Positions 29,434 to 38,535 of a stretch of 64,000 nucleotides of DNA are shown here, in pieces. The DNA is from a virus. Lineage: Duplodnaviria; Caudoviricetes. Numbering within the stretch: position 1 is the stretch's first letter; each line of letters starts with the position of its first letter. The notes beneath the pieces are model-generated. The model saw only the letters and a list, made by a program, of their open reading frames with translations, was not told where the DNA came from and did no database searches. Both the position numbers and the translations under genes were made by a program. Location: positions 13,780 to 77,779 of IMG/VR virus record IMGVR_UViG_2706795240_000001. One strand, 5' to 3'.

Positions 29434-30620
29434 TGGCCCTTCTGCTTAAACTTGAGCTTCGGGGAGTACTTTTTGTTGATCAAAGACTGAATCTGCCTCT
29501 TCTGGGAGTCGTCAATCTCGTCACCCTTTAGCAGTCCGTCCAGGTCGGCCATGTTGAACTTGCCAATTCTGGCGGCGATTTGGGGGCCTACAATCTTGGC
29601 GATTGCTGGCTGATTTGACACGCCGCGCCGACCTTGCGCGGTTACGTCGACAGTGAAAACCTGACCATCGTCGTCGGTAGCAGTGATCTTGGTTACCTCG
29701 GTTTCGCGAGCATAGTTGCTGATCACATCTTCGCAATGGCTCATAAGCGACTCAAGAGCTTCTTTCTTGCCCTTTAGCTGACCGTACATCAGCAGCGCCT
29801 CTTGCTCATTCATGATCGAAAGAATTCCGCCCTTGTCGACATGCTCTTTCAGCTTGGGGCAGGTCGATTGAATCGGGCAGAATCGGCAACCAACGCCGAG
29901 CTTGTATGGTGCCTTTTCTCGCGGCATGGCAACAATATTCTGAACGGTCTGCTTAAGTTCTCGCCAGGTCTGTTCGCATTCTGCACGAGTAATGTAGTGA
30001 CCAACCAGTTCATTGTGTCGAAGAAGGTCGGCAACCACCCAAACGCCTTCCGGCTTGAGGTGCTTGAATTCGATCATCGCGCACATGGCGTAGATACGGA
30101 ACTGCTTTTTGGTGGCAACATCGTCCACGCTCCAGCGTTCAGCAACCGACTTGTAATCCACGACCCGAATTGCCCTCTCGCCGTCCGGACCCTCAATAAG
30201 ATCACAACGGTCGAAGATATAGGTCAGAAGAATATCGTCAACCTGAGTTGGCGTTCGCGTCTTCTTCTCGGTAGAAATAATCTCAACATCAGAAAGGTCG
30301 GTGCGTTCCCACCAATTGACAGTGAGCTTGCGACTATCGGTGTACTCTTCCATGGAAGAATCGGCCACATGGAATTCATCAATAAAAGCCTGATGATGAA
30401 GGGCCAGAAGGTGATCCTTATCGTTCCAGTCGTGAGTCTTGTTGATATACACGTCGACCACGAAGTTCTCGGCAACGGCGTGACATACGGTGCCAACGGC
30501 GGCGCGGGTCGACCCCTGGGGCTTGGGAATGTAATCGACGTATTCTGCCGCCCACTTCTGGGGACACTGGTCCCACACCAATAGCGAACTGGCGGAAACT
30601 GTTCCTGATGCCGGTTTCAT
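29430..30620 (-). CDS. Cas4/RecB-like PD-(D/E)xK exonuclease with Fe-S motif
   Basis: N-terminal CP, FDRCD...VVDYKS, Q...YA and CRFCPIQSTC. Confidence 0.85.
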   Translation of the reverse strand: MKPASGTVSASSLLVWDQCPQKWAAEYVDYIPKPQGSTRAAVGTVCHAVAENFVVDVYINKTHDWNDKDHLLALHHQAFIDEFHVADSSMEEYTDSRKLTVNWWERTDLSDVEIISTEKKTRTPTQVDDILLTYIFDRCDLIEGPDGERAIRVVDYKSVAERWSVDDVATKKQFRIYAMCAMIEFKHLKPEGVWVVADLLRHNELVGHYITRAECEQTWRELKQTVQNIVAMPREKAPYKLGVGCRFCPIQSTCPKLKEHVDKGGILSIMNEQEALLMYGQLKGKKEALESLMSHCEDVISNYARETEVTKITATDDDGQVFTVDVTAQGRRGVSNQPAIAKIVGPQIAARIGKFNMADLDGLLKGDEIDDSQKRQIQSLINKKYSPKLKFKQKGQ

Positions 30621-30827
30621 TTAAAATTCCTTAGTATTGTCTAGGTCCTCAAATGTTACAATATTGCTTAGATTCTGCAAACACGTAAGGGCCGATTCTA
30701 GCTTTTCTCTTGCAGCCTCGCGGAACTCTTCAAAGCTGGCGTTAGCATTTCCAATTGCCTCCGGTACTTCGATATCCGTCGAAACAGAATGGGCACCGAA
30801 AGACAAGGTGAGCATCATTTCAGCCAT
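30621..30827 (-). CDS. Hypothetical protein
   Basis: ORF in operon. Confidence 0.55.
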   Translation of the reverse strand: MAEMMLTLSFGAHSVSTDIEVPEAIGNANASFEEFREAAREKLESALTCLQNLSNIVTFEDLDNTKEF

Positions 30828-30830
30828 TTT

Positions 30831-30983
30831 TTATCTCCATTCCAGTTTTACGCATCCGGAATTCTTCTTGGCCTTGATCGCCGCAACAAGTGCGGCTGCA
30901 AGGTATTTACCGAAGTAAACCTGCTTGTACCCGTACTCGCCGTTTTCCTTGACCCATGCGCTAACTTCCCACTTGTACCCCAT
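30831..30983 (-). CDS. Hypothetical protein, 50 aa
   Basis: Read manually: MGYKWEVSAWVKENGEY...; TAATG coupling. Confidence 0.6.
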   Translation of the reverse strand: MGYKWEVSAWVKENGEYGYKQVYFGKYLAAALVAAIKAKKNSGCVKLEWR

Positions 30984-31192
30984 TATCGAATCCCAAGAAC
31001 TTCACGGGCCGCAGACGCGGGACTCTGGCCGAAATCGTCTTCGTCAACCAGCGCCATATGCGCGGCGACTTTTTCATTCAGCTTTTCGACACTCGGTGCG
31101 TTGACTTCGATTTCAAACTTACCGCCGTTGCTTTTCTTGATGACCTTAATGACTGCCTTATATCCGGAATCATCCCGGTAAACGTTTCCCAT
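30983..31192 (-). CDS. Hypothetical protein
   Basis: ATG 31192 lies just after the WhiB stop; the longer ORF-track start overlaps WhiB. Confidence 0.6.
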   Translation of the reverse strand: MGNVYRDDSGYKAVIKVIKKSNGGKFEIEVNAPSVEKLNEKVAAHMALVDEDDFGQSPASAAREVLGIR

Positions 31193-31193
31193 T

Positions 31194-31406
31194 TTATTTA
31201 GCCTTTCCAGCCCATATTCCGTGTTTCGATCCTGTGACATTTCTGTAGTCGTCACACTCGTCAAAGACGGGGCACGATCCACATATTTCTTTGGCTATCC
31301 TTCTCAGGTCCGATCTGCCTTTTCCGGGAAAGAACAGGTCGTCCTCGTCGGCGCTAGCCGGACCAGAACCTGCACATGCCGCGTCACGTTTCCATGACTC
31401 GTCCAT
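31194..31406 (-). CDS. whiB: WhiB-family transcription factor
   Basis: W..DAAC...FFP...AKEICGSCPVFDEC...GIWAG: four Cys plus a G[IV]WxG turn. Confidence 0.9.
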   Translation of the reverse strand: MDESWKRDAACAGSGPASADEDDLFFPGKGRSDLRRIAKEICGSCPVFDECDDYRNVTGSKHGIWAGKAK

Positions 31407-31444
31407 TATGAAGAATCCGGCCCTTCCTTCGCCTTCGGGTTTTT

Positions 31445-31726
31445 CTAGCCCTTCTCCGCAGACGCATTCTTTGTTGACGGAACCAGTGGGGAGATCGGCG
31501 GCGTCAATGGTGACTTTTCTCCACCAGTAGAGTCCATGCGGTCCGCACTCTTTATGGGTGACGACAATTGGCTCTGATCGTCTGGCGAGTCGTTTACAGA
31601 CTCCGGTACAGATGAGCCTTTTGGGGCCTCATCATTGCTCCGAATAGTGAAGTCCTTAAAGTTTTCGTCTGACTTATCTGTATCGGCTGGGCCGACGAAG
31701 CTGACTGGATTAAGTTCCTTGACCAT
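31445..31726 (-). CDS. Hypothetical protein; possible N-terminal part of a frameshifted WhiB fusion
   Basis: ATG 31726 with strong RBS TAAGGA; the sequence after residue 36 is S/P-rich and low in complexity. Confidence 0.55.
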   Translation of the reverse strand: MVKELNPVSFVGPADTDKSDENFKDFTIRSNDEAPKGSSVPESVNDSPDDQSQLSSPIKSADRMDSTGGEKSPLTPPISPLVPSTKNASAEKG

Positions 31727-31736
31727 GTTTAATTCC

Positions 31737-32291
31737 TTACCACTTATTTGAAACGTTGACTGTGCCACTTGCTTGAATTGCTCGTTGCTCTTCGTATGCT
31801 TTAAGGACTTCGATTCTCACGTCTGGCGAGACATGATTTGCCCAATTATCTGAACCGACTCCACCGGAAACCGTTTCCAGTTTTCCACGAGCAATAATAA
31901 TGATCATCGGCTCAGTCTCAACAGACTGCTCAATTTGTGTGGTCTTGACTGCGATATTAGTTCGGTCGTCTTCCCACGTAACACCAGTTAGAGCGTCCTC
32001 GATTAGCTTCTGCATATTGGTCGCGTCGACAATATTCTTTGTCCGAGTGCGATTTGCTTTATCTTTGTACTGGTCCCGCCGTCGCCACGTTAGAATCTCT
32101 AGCGAGTGACCAGGCTCCATAATAAAGCCGCCCTGCTCAATAGCCTGTTCTCTAACGGCCTCCTTGAATGCGGCTCCAGCGGCGTCTACACCGGCAACCG
32201 GGATGGTTTTCCCACCCTTTCTGATCGCAGAAAATGGTGGCACTGTCCACGGGAGCGGGTTGATCGGAATCGCAAAAATCTGAGTGATCAT
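31737..32291 (-). CDS. rusA: RusA-like Holliday junction resolvase
   Basis: DATNMQKLIEDALTGVTWEDD (D..N..K...D.L......DD). Confidence 0.85.
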   Translation of the reverse strand: MITQIFAIPINPLPWTVPPFSAIRKGGKTIPVAGVDAAGAAFKEAVREQAIEQGGFIMEPGHSLEILTWRRRDQYKDKANRTRTKNIVDATNMQKLIEDALTGVTWEDDRTNIAVKTTQIEQSVETEPMIIIIARGKLETVSGGVGSDNWANHVSPDVRIEVLKAYEEQRAIQASGTVNVSNKW

Positions 32292-32593
32292 AGCATTAGC
32301 CCTGCGATTTGCATGGTGAATGCGATGACCGCAATTCCAATCACTGCGACCGCTGACACGGAAAGAATAAAAAGCACTGCTGTCATGCCAATCTTTCCTA
32401 CCAGGAATGCGGTAGAATCGTTATCTATTTCGTCTTCAAATTTGACGTGAGGCGGAAGTTCGATATCGCCAGTCTGAATTACGTTTCCGTCTTTCGGGTC
32501 AAATTTAAGAGTCTCGGATGGGATTCGCTCGTGTTCATCTAGCGTAAATGGATTGTGGTCAATCCATGGAATCTTTTCGTCAGGATTTGTCAT
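32288..32593 (-). CDS. Hypothetical protein with C-terminal TM
   Basis: Hydrophobic C-terminus. Confidence 0.6.
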   Translation of the reverse strand: MTNPDEKIPWIDHNPFTLDEHERIPSETLKFDPKDGNVIQTGDIELPPHVKFEDEIDNDSTAFLVGKIGMTAVLFILSVSAVAVIGIAVIAFTMQIAGLML

Positions 32594-32763
32594 CGCCCAG
32601 TCCTCTTTCGCTTTGCCCTGCGCTTAGCTTTATCCTTGGCCTTCTTGTCGGCCATTAGTTCCTGGCGCTTTCCTGTCAGCCCCGATGCAATTGCGAGAAA
32701 CTTCGCAAGCTCCGACGCATTGCGTCCTGTATTTTGCTGCACCTTGCCTCCGTTCCTATTCAT
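32590..32763 (-). CDS. Small basic protein
   Basis: ATG 32763 overlaps the clamp stop; K/R-rich tail. Confidence 0.55.
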   Translation of the reverse strand: MNRNGGKVQQNTGRNASELAKFLAIASGLTGKRQELMADKKAKDKAKRRAKRKRTGR

Positions 32764-33890
32764 CAGATTGACACCTGAGGTGCGATCCATGCTTCATACC
32801 CTGCTCCACCTTGAATATATAGGAATTTCTTGGAATCCTGAACACCCTGATCAAAGAAAATTTTTGCACTCTGACCAGTGGCGTTTGCAATAGCATCACG
32901 AACATACATCGCATTGAGCGTGATAACGGTAGGAATATCCGGTCCGGCTGTCGCGGGAATTGCCTCTTGGCACTGGTTCTCCGACTCGGACTGAATGGTG
33001 AAATTCAGCGCAGACTTAGATGCCAGCAATTTCACCTGACCCTTTTCGTCTTTCTTGAGGATTGTGAAGATTTGTTCACATGCATTTCGATAATCATCGG
33101 TGTTTACTGTGATGCTGGAGTCGAAATCATTTACACCAGGCAATCGCTTGTCCAGAGCCTCGCATGGATTATCGGCAAACCTAACGACCTCTACTTGGGT
33201 GAATTCATCTGGAGTGATGCCAAGACCCCTCTTAGTCTTTACGACCAAGGCATCGCCTGCATGATGAATAACACCAGTGAGCGCGTTATGCGGAATGGTG
33301 ATGTGATTGTCCACTAGCGGCTCGATCATAAGCGGAACGCGAGCAGCAACATATCGATTGGTCGCCATGACCGTATATCCGTCCATGAATACGCCCTGTA
33401 GCTCTGGGAGCGCGTCATCTTTAGATGCCGCCCATGACACAGATTCGATTTTGGTAGACAGGGAATTCACCGCTACGCCTCCCAGCTCGTCGTACGGTTC
33501 CCATTCGGGGAACTGCGAGCCGACGATTAGCGGGACAGCAGCGAACGTCTCGCCACGCTTGTGTTCCCTCACGACCGAAAGGCTGCCCGGTACCCGCTCG
33601 TCGTTAAGCTCGACAACCGATCCGCGACCCTTTGGGAGCTTGTCAATAAACTTGGTCGCGAGGCTAGAGATTCGCCAGCTTCCGGTTCCGGAAATGTTCA
33701 TGCCCGTCATTCGCTGACGATAGAAAATCTCCAGGTCGGTAGCGCTTACGAAGATATTCTTGGAATTCTCGTCAACCTCGACCAGGATTCCGTTGGTGAA
33801 CATTTCTCCAGACGAGTAGTTCTTTGGCGAAACGCGAGCAGCCTTAACCATGGCATCGGCAATGGTTGACGTTTCGATAATTGCCTTCAC
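32763..33890 (-). CDS. dnaN: DNA polymerase III beta sliding clamp-like protein
   Basis: 375 aa; GILVEV...ATDLEI, FPEW, VSWAASKDD..PELQGV, ATNRY, and LNAMYVRDA matching the FN..YL.D pattern. Confidence 0.85.
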   Translation of the reverse strand: MKAIIETSTIADAMVKAARVSPKNYSSGEMFTNGILVEVDENSKNIFVSATDLEIFYRQRMTGMNISGTGSWRISSLATKFIDKLPKGRGSVVELNDERVPGSLSVVREHKRGETFAAVPLIVGSQFPEWEPYDELGGVAVNSLSTKIESVSWAASKDDALPELQGVFMDGYTVMATNRYVAARVPLMIEPLVDNHITIPHNALTGVIHHAGDALVVKTKRGLGITPDEFTQVEVVRFADNPCEALDKRLPGVNDFDSSITVNTDDYRNACEQIFTILKKDEKGQVKLLASKSALNFTIQSESENQCQEAIPATAGPDIPTVITLNAMYVRDAIANATGQSAKIFFDQGVQDSKKFLYIQGGAGYEAWIAPQVSI

Positions 33891-34225
33891 TTCCTGGTGC
33901 CCTTTCTTGGCTTTGAAACAATCTTCACGCTAAAGGCTTCGCAGAATGCGTTAATTACTTCCCCGACGATGCCGATTACCTCCCTGGTTATCAGGGTGCT
34001 GGGATTGTCTTCGTCTTCGTTTTCAAACAACCAATCCGAGCTTACGCCGTCTGACATATCTATGTTTTCTAGGGCAACCAGTGGCGCGATGTATTCTTCA
34101 ATTAGATTAACTTGTCGCTCGATTTCATCGAACGCCGCCTGCAAAGCATTTTGGCTTTCAAGATATTCTTCCGCCGCGGCCCGCAATTCTTGTAGGGCGT
34201 TTTCTACCTCTTCTGCGTTTGCCAT
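33887..34225 (-). CDS. Hypothetical acidic protein
   Basis: ORF in operon. Confidence 0.6.
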   Translation of the reverse strand: MANAEEVENALQELRAAAEEYLESQNALQAAFDEIERQVNLIEEYIAPLVALENIDMSDGVSSDWLFENEDEDNPSTLITREVIGIVGEVINAFCEAFSVKIVSKPRKGTRK

Positions 34226-34230
34226 ATTTC

Positions 34231-34701
34231 CTACCTAAGAATGCAGCCCTTGTGAGGGCTGAAATGAATTCGCGACGACTGCGAGCAGTGATTTGGCTTC
34301 ACGTCCTCGTCGTGGCCTACCTTGAAATTCTGCTCGTAGACCTTGACTGGGATGCCCATTTCCATTGCCTTTTTCACGCAGTCAACCGTACCGCGTGAAT
34401 TGGGAAACGGAAAAGCAAGAACGATATCTGCTCCAGCTTCAAGCATCCGCTTATTGCGCTGTGGACCGAGAACCTTGCCGTCTTTCCATTCCGGTTCAAA
34501 CGATTCGATTTTGTATCCGCGTCGCTCGGCGTAATTCTTAGCGATCAGATCAGCGCCACCATACGGGCATTCGCCCTGAATGATTACCGGCTTTCCCGAG
34601 CATCCTGCAACGATCTGCTCGATTGCGTACGGAATAATCACGTCGTCTTCCCAGAAACGGGAACCTGTAATTACGATTCTGGTTTCATTGAGAAGATTCA
34701 T
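34231..34701 (-). CDS. SLOG-superfamily (DUF2493/YspA-like) protein
   Basis: VITGSR, G...GADLIA, GPQRN..M, LAFP...SRGT.DC...A...GIPV. Confidence 0.8.
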   Translation of the reverse strand: MNLLNETRIVITGSRFWEDDVIIPYAIEQIVAGCSGKPVIIQGECPYGGADLIAKNYAERRGYKIESFEPEWKDGKVLGPQRNKRMLEAGADIVLAFPFPNSRGTVDCVKKAMEMGIPVKVYEQNFKVGHDEDVKPNHCSQSSRIHFSPHKGCILR

Positions 34702-35327
34702 TACGCAAAGCTCCCGGTCCAGTCGTCCTGTTGAGGTGCAAGAATCAGATTTTCAAGATAGAACTCAAGCTCGTTGCGAGAGGCCGTACAATCCGCCAAA
34801 ACCCGGTGAGCAGCTTCGCCATTCCAGTTAGCATAGGACTTCTCCATTAGCTCTGGTGCGTAAATCTTGCACAATTCCTTGATCGAAGAGATATCGATGT
34901 TCCGGTAATGGAACTGCTCATTCAGCTCTGGCATTTGAGCCGAAATGAACTTGCGGTCGAAGTGAATACTCGAACCGGTGAGGGGCTTGAGAATTCTATT
35001 CTTTCCCAGTCCATGCTTCTGGAGCCAATCAATAAGCTCCAGTTCGGCCTCCCGCATGGTCCGACCGGTAGCCGGACTAACCGCCCTAATATCTGCAATC
35101 AATCCATTTTTAGTGTGCATATTTCGCACGAAATCATCGCCGCCCGGCCCTTCCAGCCAGGCAATGTGGTTGTGTGCAAGTTGATCTGAGATAATCAGCG
35201 AAATCTCATCGATCAGCTCCAGGTGAACGTTGTAAATCTGAATGCCAACCTCTAGAATGATGTTCCTTTTTTCATCAAGTCCAGTGGTCTCGGTGTCGAG
35301 GATGATAACTGCTGGCTGGTTGCTCAT
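34701..35327 (-). CDS. orn: Oligoribonuclease-like DEDDh exonuclease
   Basis: LDTETTGLD, GSSIHFDRKFI, MPEL...FHYRNIDISSIKEL and HRVLADC. Confidence 0.85.
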   Translation of the reverse strand: MSNQPAVIILDTETTGLDEKRNIILEVGIQIYNVHLELIDEISLIISDQLAHNHIAWLEGPGGDDFVRNMHTKNGLIADIRAVSPATGRTMREAELELIDWLQKHGLGKNRILKPLTGSSIHFDRKFISAQMPELNEQFHYRNIDISSIKELCKIYAPELMEKSYANWNGEAAHRVLADCTASRNELEFYLENLILAPQQDDWTGSFA

Positions 35328-35569
35328 TACTGTTCTCCGTACATTTTAATGGATAGCATGATAATATCGTCTTTTGGAATTCGCAGGTCGCGCTTTCCGA
35401 TACGCATGGTTCCAGGCAGTTTATTTTCCTTGAACCAAATGCCTAGAGTCTTCCGTGAAATTCGGAAAAAGTCGCACACCTCCGATGCCGTCAGCATTGT
35501 CGGCAGATCGCGAGTCATGTATTCAGCGCGCTTATACTGCTCACTCTCACGATCAATCTGGGCTGTCAT
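35327..35569 (-). CDS. MerR/excisionase-like HTH DNA-binding protein
   Basis: MLTASEVCDFFRISRKTL..W...G.LP..RIG...RIP. Confidence 0.8.
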   Translation of the reverse strand: MTAQIDRESEQYKRAEYMTRDLPTMLTASEVCDFFRISRKTLGIWFKENKLPGTMRIGKRDLRIPKDDIIMLSIKMYGEQ

Positions 35570-35571
35570 TA

Positions 35572-37089
35572 TTAGTCCCTCTCTTCGAGAACTGCTGCTG
35601 CAATTCTCTTTCTAAGAAGCGGGTCTTCTTCGACAATATCGTCTGAAATCTTTTTCTTGATGGAGACAATTTCATCGACCCGCTCTTCCGCCGTATCCTT
35701 GCACAAGTAATCGAGCACGGTTACTGGCTGCTTTTTATCTGCACCAATTCGGTGAATTCTGTCGACCGCCTGCTGATTGAGCATCGGGGCAAACAGCTTG
35801 TCTAGCCTCTGGCAATACCGCGATGCGGTCATGTTGAGGCCAGTTCCCGCGACCGAGTAAATGCAGACGATCACGCCAGGAATCTTGTGTCTCGTCCAGG
35901 CGTCAACAACTTTCTGGCGCTCATCTGACGGAACGTCGCCATTGAGAACGAATACCGGATGGGGCGGAATGTGCTTCGCGTCTCCGCTTGTCCACGGACC
36001 GGCAACGCGATTCTTGCTGAGATTAAATTCAGCCACCAGTCGATTGACAAATGCGTCCTGGACCCCACGGTACTGAGTGAACACCACCACTCGCTCGCCG
36101 TCGCGGACCAAATTAACCGCGTCCCATACGGCCGCATCCAGCTTATAGGAAAAATCAGATTTGTCGTCCATGAGTGTCGCCGTGGTGCCACAAATCTGCT
36201 TTAGTCGCATAAACTTTGTTAGGACGTTATCTACGTCTTCTGCTTCAAGTCCGTTGCCCCTATTGAGCCGCAAATCATTCACGACTTCCTTGTACATCTT
36301 TTCCTGCTTCGGATGCAGCCCCACCGTGCGGGTGACGTAGTTAACGTCGGGAAGGTCGAGAACATCCTTCTTGAGACGACGAATCATAATCTCCGCGAGC
36401 TTTGCATTAAGCTCTGGAACATTCTTCGTTGAAACGATCTGACGATTCTCGTACCCGCCGAACACTGCATATGTATTAATGAATCCGTAGTAGCTACCGA
36501 ATGCCGCAGGGTCAATCAAATGACCTAGCGACCATAGGTCATTGACGTGATTCAAAATTGGCGATCCAGTGAGCAGAAACTTTCGTACACACGTTTTCGC
36601 TAGTGCATGAGCCGCTTTTGTTCGCTCGGACTTGTGATTCTTAATCATGTGCGCCTCATCGCACAGCATGATATCGAAATGCATCGCCCTGAGTGTCTTG
36701 ATGTGCGGCTTCACCTGCTCGTAATTTACGATCAGAATTCTAGGACCGGTGATCTGCGAAAACGCGGTAAGCTGTTTCTCTCGGGTTGCCACCTGCTTAT
36801 TCGGAAGAATCATGTACTGAACAACATCGCCCATGAACTTTTGAATCTCGTTCGCCCAGTTCATCTTGAGCGTAGTCGGACAGACAATAATCATCGACTC
36901 GCTGCGCTTCATGTACAGATCAATGCCAAAGATCGTCAAAGACTGCAAGCTCTTTCCGAGGCCCATTTCATCGGCAAGCAGAAAACTTTGCATCGTAGCC
37001 CCGCGACGAATTCCGTCGATCTGATGCTTGTAATACTCGATATCGTCCTTAATATAAGGAGCAATACTTTTCCGATTATTGAGTGCCAC
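35572..37089 (-). CDS. SNF2-family helicase
   Basis: LLADEMGLGKS, DEAH, LTGSPI and QQAVDRIHRIG; GTG start at 37089 after GAGGA. Confidence 0.9.
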   Translation of the reverse strand: MALNNRKSIAPYIKDDIEYYKHQIDGIRRGATMQSFLLADEMGLGKSLQSLTIFGIDLYMKRSESMIIVCPTTLKMNWANEIQKFMGDVVQYMILPNKQVATREKQLTAFSQITGPRILIVNYEQVKPHIKTLRAMHFDIMLCDEAHMIKNHKSERTKAAHALAKTCVRKFLLTGSPILNHVNDLWSLGHLIDPAAFGSYYGFINTYAVFGGYENRQIVSTKNVPELNAKLAEIMIRRLKKDVLDLPDVNYVTRTVGLHPKQEKMYKEVVNDLRLNRGNGLEAEDVDNVLTKFMRLKQICGTTATLMDDKSDFSYKLDAAVWDAVNLVRDGERVVVFTQYRGVQDAFVNRLVAEFNLSKNRVAGPWTSGDAKHIPPHPVFVLNGDVPSDERQKVVDAWTRHKIPGVIVCIYSVAGTGLNMTASRYCQRLDKLFAPMLNQQAVDRIHRIGADKKQPVTVLDYLCKDTAEERVDEIVSIKKKISDDIVEEDPLLRKRIAAAVLEERD

Positions 37090-37091
37090 TT

Positions 37092-37469
37092 TTACTTTTC
37101 CTCTGTATCGATTACTCCGGTTCCGAGAATAATATTGATCATTTGCGGTCCGTCTAGGGCGACGCCTTGCTGACGCGCTCGGACTTCGATTGCACCGGAG
37201 GTTTGTGAAATAAGGTTCTGCACCATCAGCATTACGCTGTCTGATCCGGAATCCTGCCAACCTGACGGATTGATTCGCATGAGAATGAAATACAGCATCG
37301 CAAGATCGCGGATTTCTAGATTCTCGATCCACGCCCACATTTCATTTGTGGCCGCTGTATTTCTCATTTGATTGTAGACGTTGCGCTCGTAGTCGTTTTT
37401 CAAATGCGCTTCGAGCTTGTCGAAAGAGCTTGGGTCATTCGGATTGAAAAAGAACGGCTCGTCAGACAT
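37092..37469 (-). CDS. Hypothetical protein
   Basis: ORF in operon. Confidence 0.6.
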   Translation of the reverse strand: MSDEPFFFNPNDPSSFDKLEAHLKNDYERNVYNQMRNTAATNEMWAWIENLEIRDLAMLYFILMRINPSGWQDSGSDSVMLMVQNLISQTSGAIEVRARQQGVALDGPQMINIILGTGVIDTEEK

Positions 37470-37687
37470 TACTGAACCTTCACCATCTTGTATAGGTCGT
37501 AGTTTTCGCTGCTGTCGCCGTTGGTTGATTCAAGATGATAATTAGCATCCTGCATTTCTCGCTCAGCCTTTGTCTTGTCGAAATGGAAAACTTCGTCCCA
37601 CATTTCAATGTCGGGGATATCTGTCGGTCGACCCTTTACCGTTCGGGCGATGACATATCCCTCGACTTCATTGTGCGGATTTTCCAT
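37469..37687 (-). CDS. Hypothetical protein
   Basis: ORF in operon. Confidence 0.6.
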   Translation of the reverse strand: MENPHNEVEGYVIARTVKGRPTDIPDIEMWDEVFHFDKTKAEREMQDANYHLESTNGDSSENYDLYKMVKVQ

Positions 37688-37689
37688 GA

Positions 37690-38103
37690 TTAGTTACCAG
37701 CCAGGTCGTCAATATCGTCGCCGTACTTGGGGCAGTAGGCTCCAACTCCAGCACCTACAAAAAACGGACCATCTTCCCCAAGGCTTTCCAGCGAGAGATT
37801 GATAACCGACTCCACAGAATTACCGGCATCGAGAGCGTCGCACATTGCGTGCGCCGTGTCGATAGCCTGCTGTGTCGCCGGAAGCCCCTTTTGGCGCATT
37901 GCGGCAAGGAATACCTGATCGATATCCACCTTTTCCTCGGTCGTCGTCTTGGGGATCACGTTGGTTGTGATATCGGCCTCTTCGACAACGGGCGTATTGG
38001 ACGCGGTAACCGTACCCTTTGACTCATCGATCGGATCGCACGCCGCGATCGGAATAACGAGTGCCGCGATGGAAGTGACTGTGAGGATGGTGCGCTTAAA
38101 CAT
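37690..38103 (-). CDS. Lipoprotein with DUF732-like domain
   Basis: Signal peptide ending IAAC (lipobox); C-terminal AH..C..L..G...FVGAGV.AYCP. Confidence 0.8.
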   Translation of the reverse strand: MFKRTILTVTSIAALVIPIAACDPIDESKGTVTASNTPVVEEADITTNVIPKTTTEEKVDIDQVFLAAMRQKGLPATQQAIDTAHAMCDALDAGNSVESVINLSLESLGEDGPFFVGAGVGAYCPKYGDDIDDLAGN

Positions 38104-38166
38104 TGTATTCTCCTGGTGTTGTTACTGATTGATGTAAACTAAGATTAATAAAGGGGATTTTGAAGC

Positions 38167-38208
38167 TAAGGCTAAGCCGGGAGAAATTAATCTCCCGGCT
38201 TAGCCTTA
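38167..38208. terminator. Long perfect hairpin
   Basis: 18-bp inverted repeat TAAGGCTAAGCCGGGAGA / TCTCCCGGCTTAGCCTTA with a 6-nt loop. Confidence 0.6.
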
Positions 38209-38299
38209 ATGGTCACTCGGGACTGTGTCGCGTGTATCGCGCCCAATACTCGTCACTAGCGCGCAATCCCAGGTCGTTACCGCGAGTTCGACCATATTA

Positions 38300-38506
38300 T
38301 TAACTGGCCTTGATCTTGCCTACGAACTTGCTCTTCTTATTTTCGCTGGCCTTCTTGGCGCGTGCCGCGATTGCAGTCTTTTCGGCAACCTTGCCACGCT
38401 GGCATCGCTTGCACTTGTTTCGCTTGCACTTATCGCCTCCGCAAGCCTTAAGCTGAGAGATAAGCGAGTCGAGCTTACGGTTGTCGATGGTAACGGTATC
38501 AGACAT
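38300..38506 (-). CDS. Small Lys-rich protein with Cys cluster
   Basis: ATG 38506 after CACAGGAG; C..DKCKRNKCKRC and a highly basic tail. Confidence 0.65.
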   Translation of the reverse strand: MSDTVTIDNRKLDSLISQLKACGGDKCKRNKCKRCQRGKVAEKTAIAARAKKASENKKSKFVGKIKAS

Positions 38507-38535
38507 TATTTTCTCCTGTGTAAAAGTTTGGGGGT

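Noticed and set aside
37090-37338. ORF-track N-terminal extension of the SNF2 helicase
   Set aside because: It overlaps the upstream gene entirely; GTG 37089 has a good RBS
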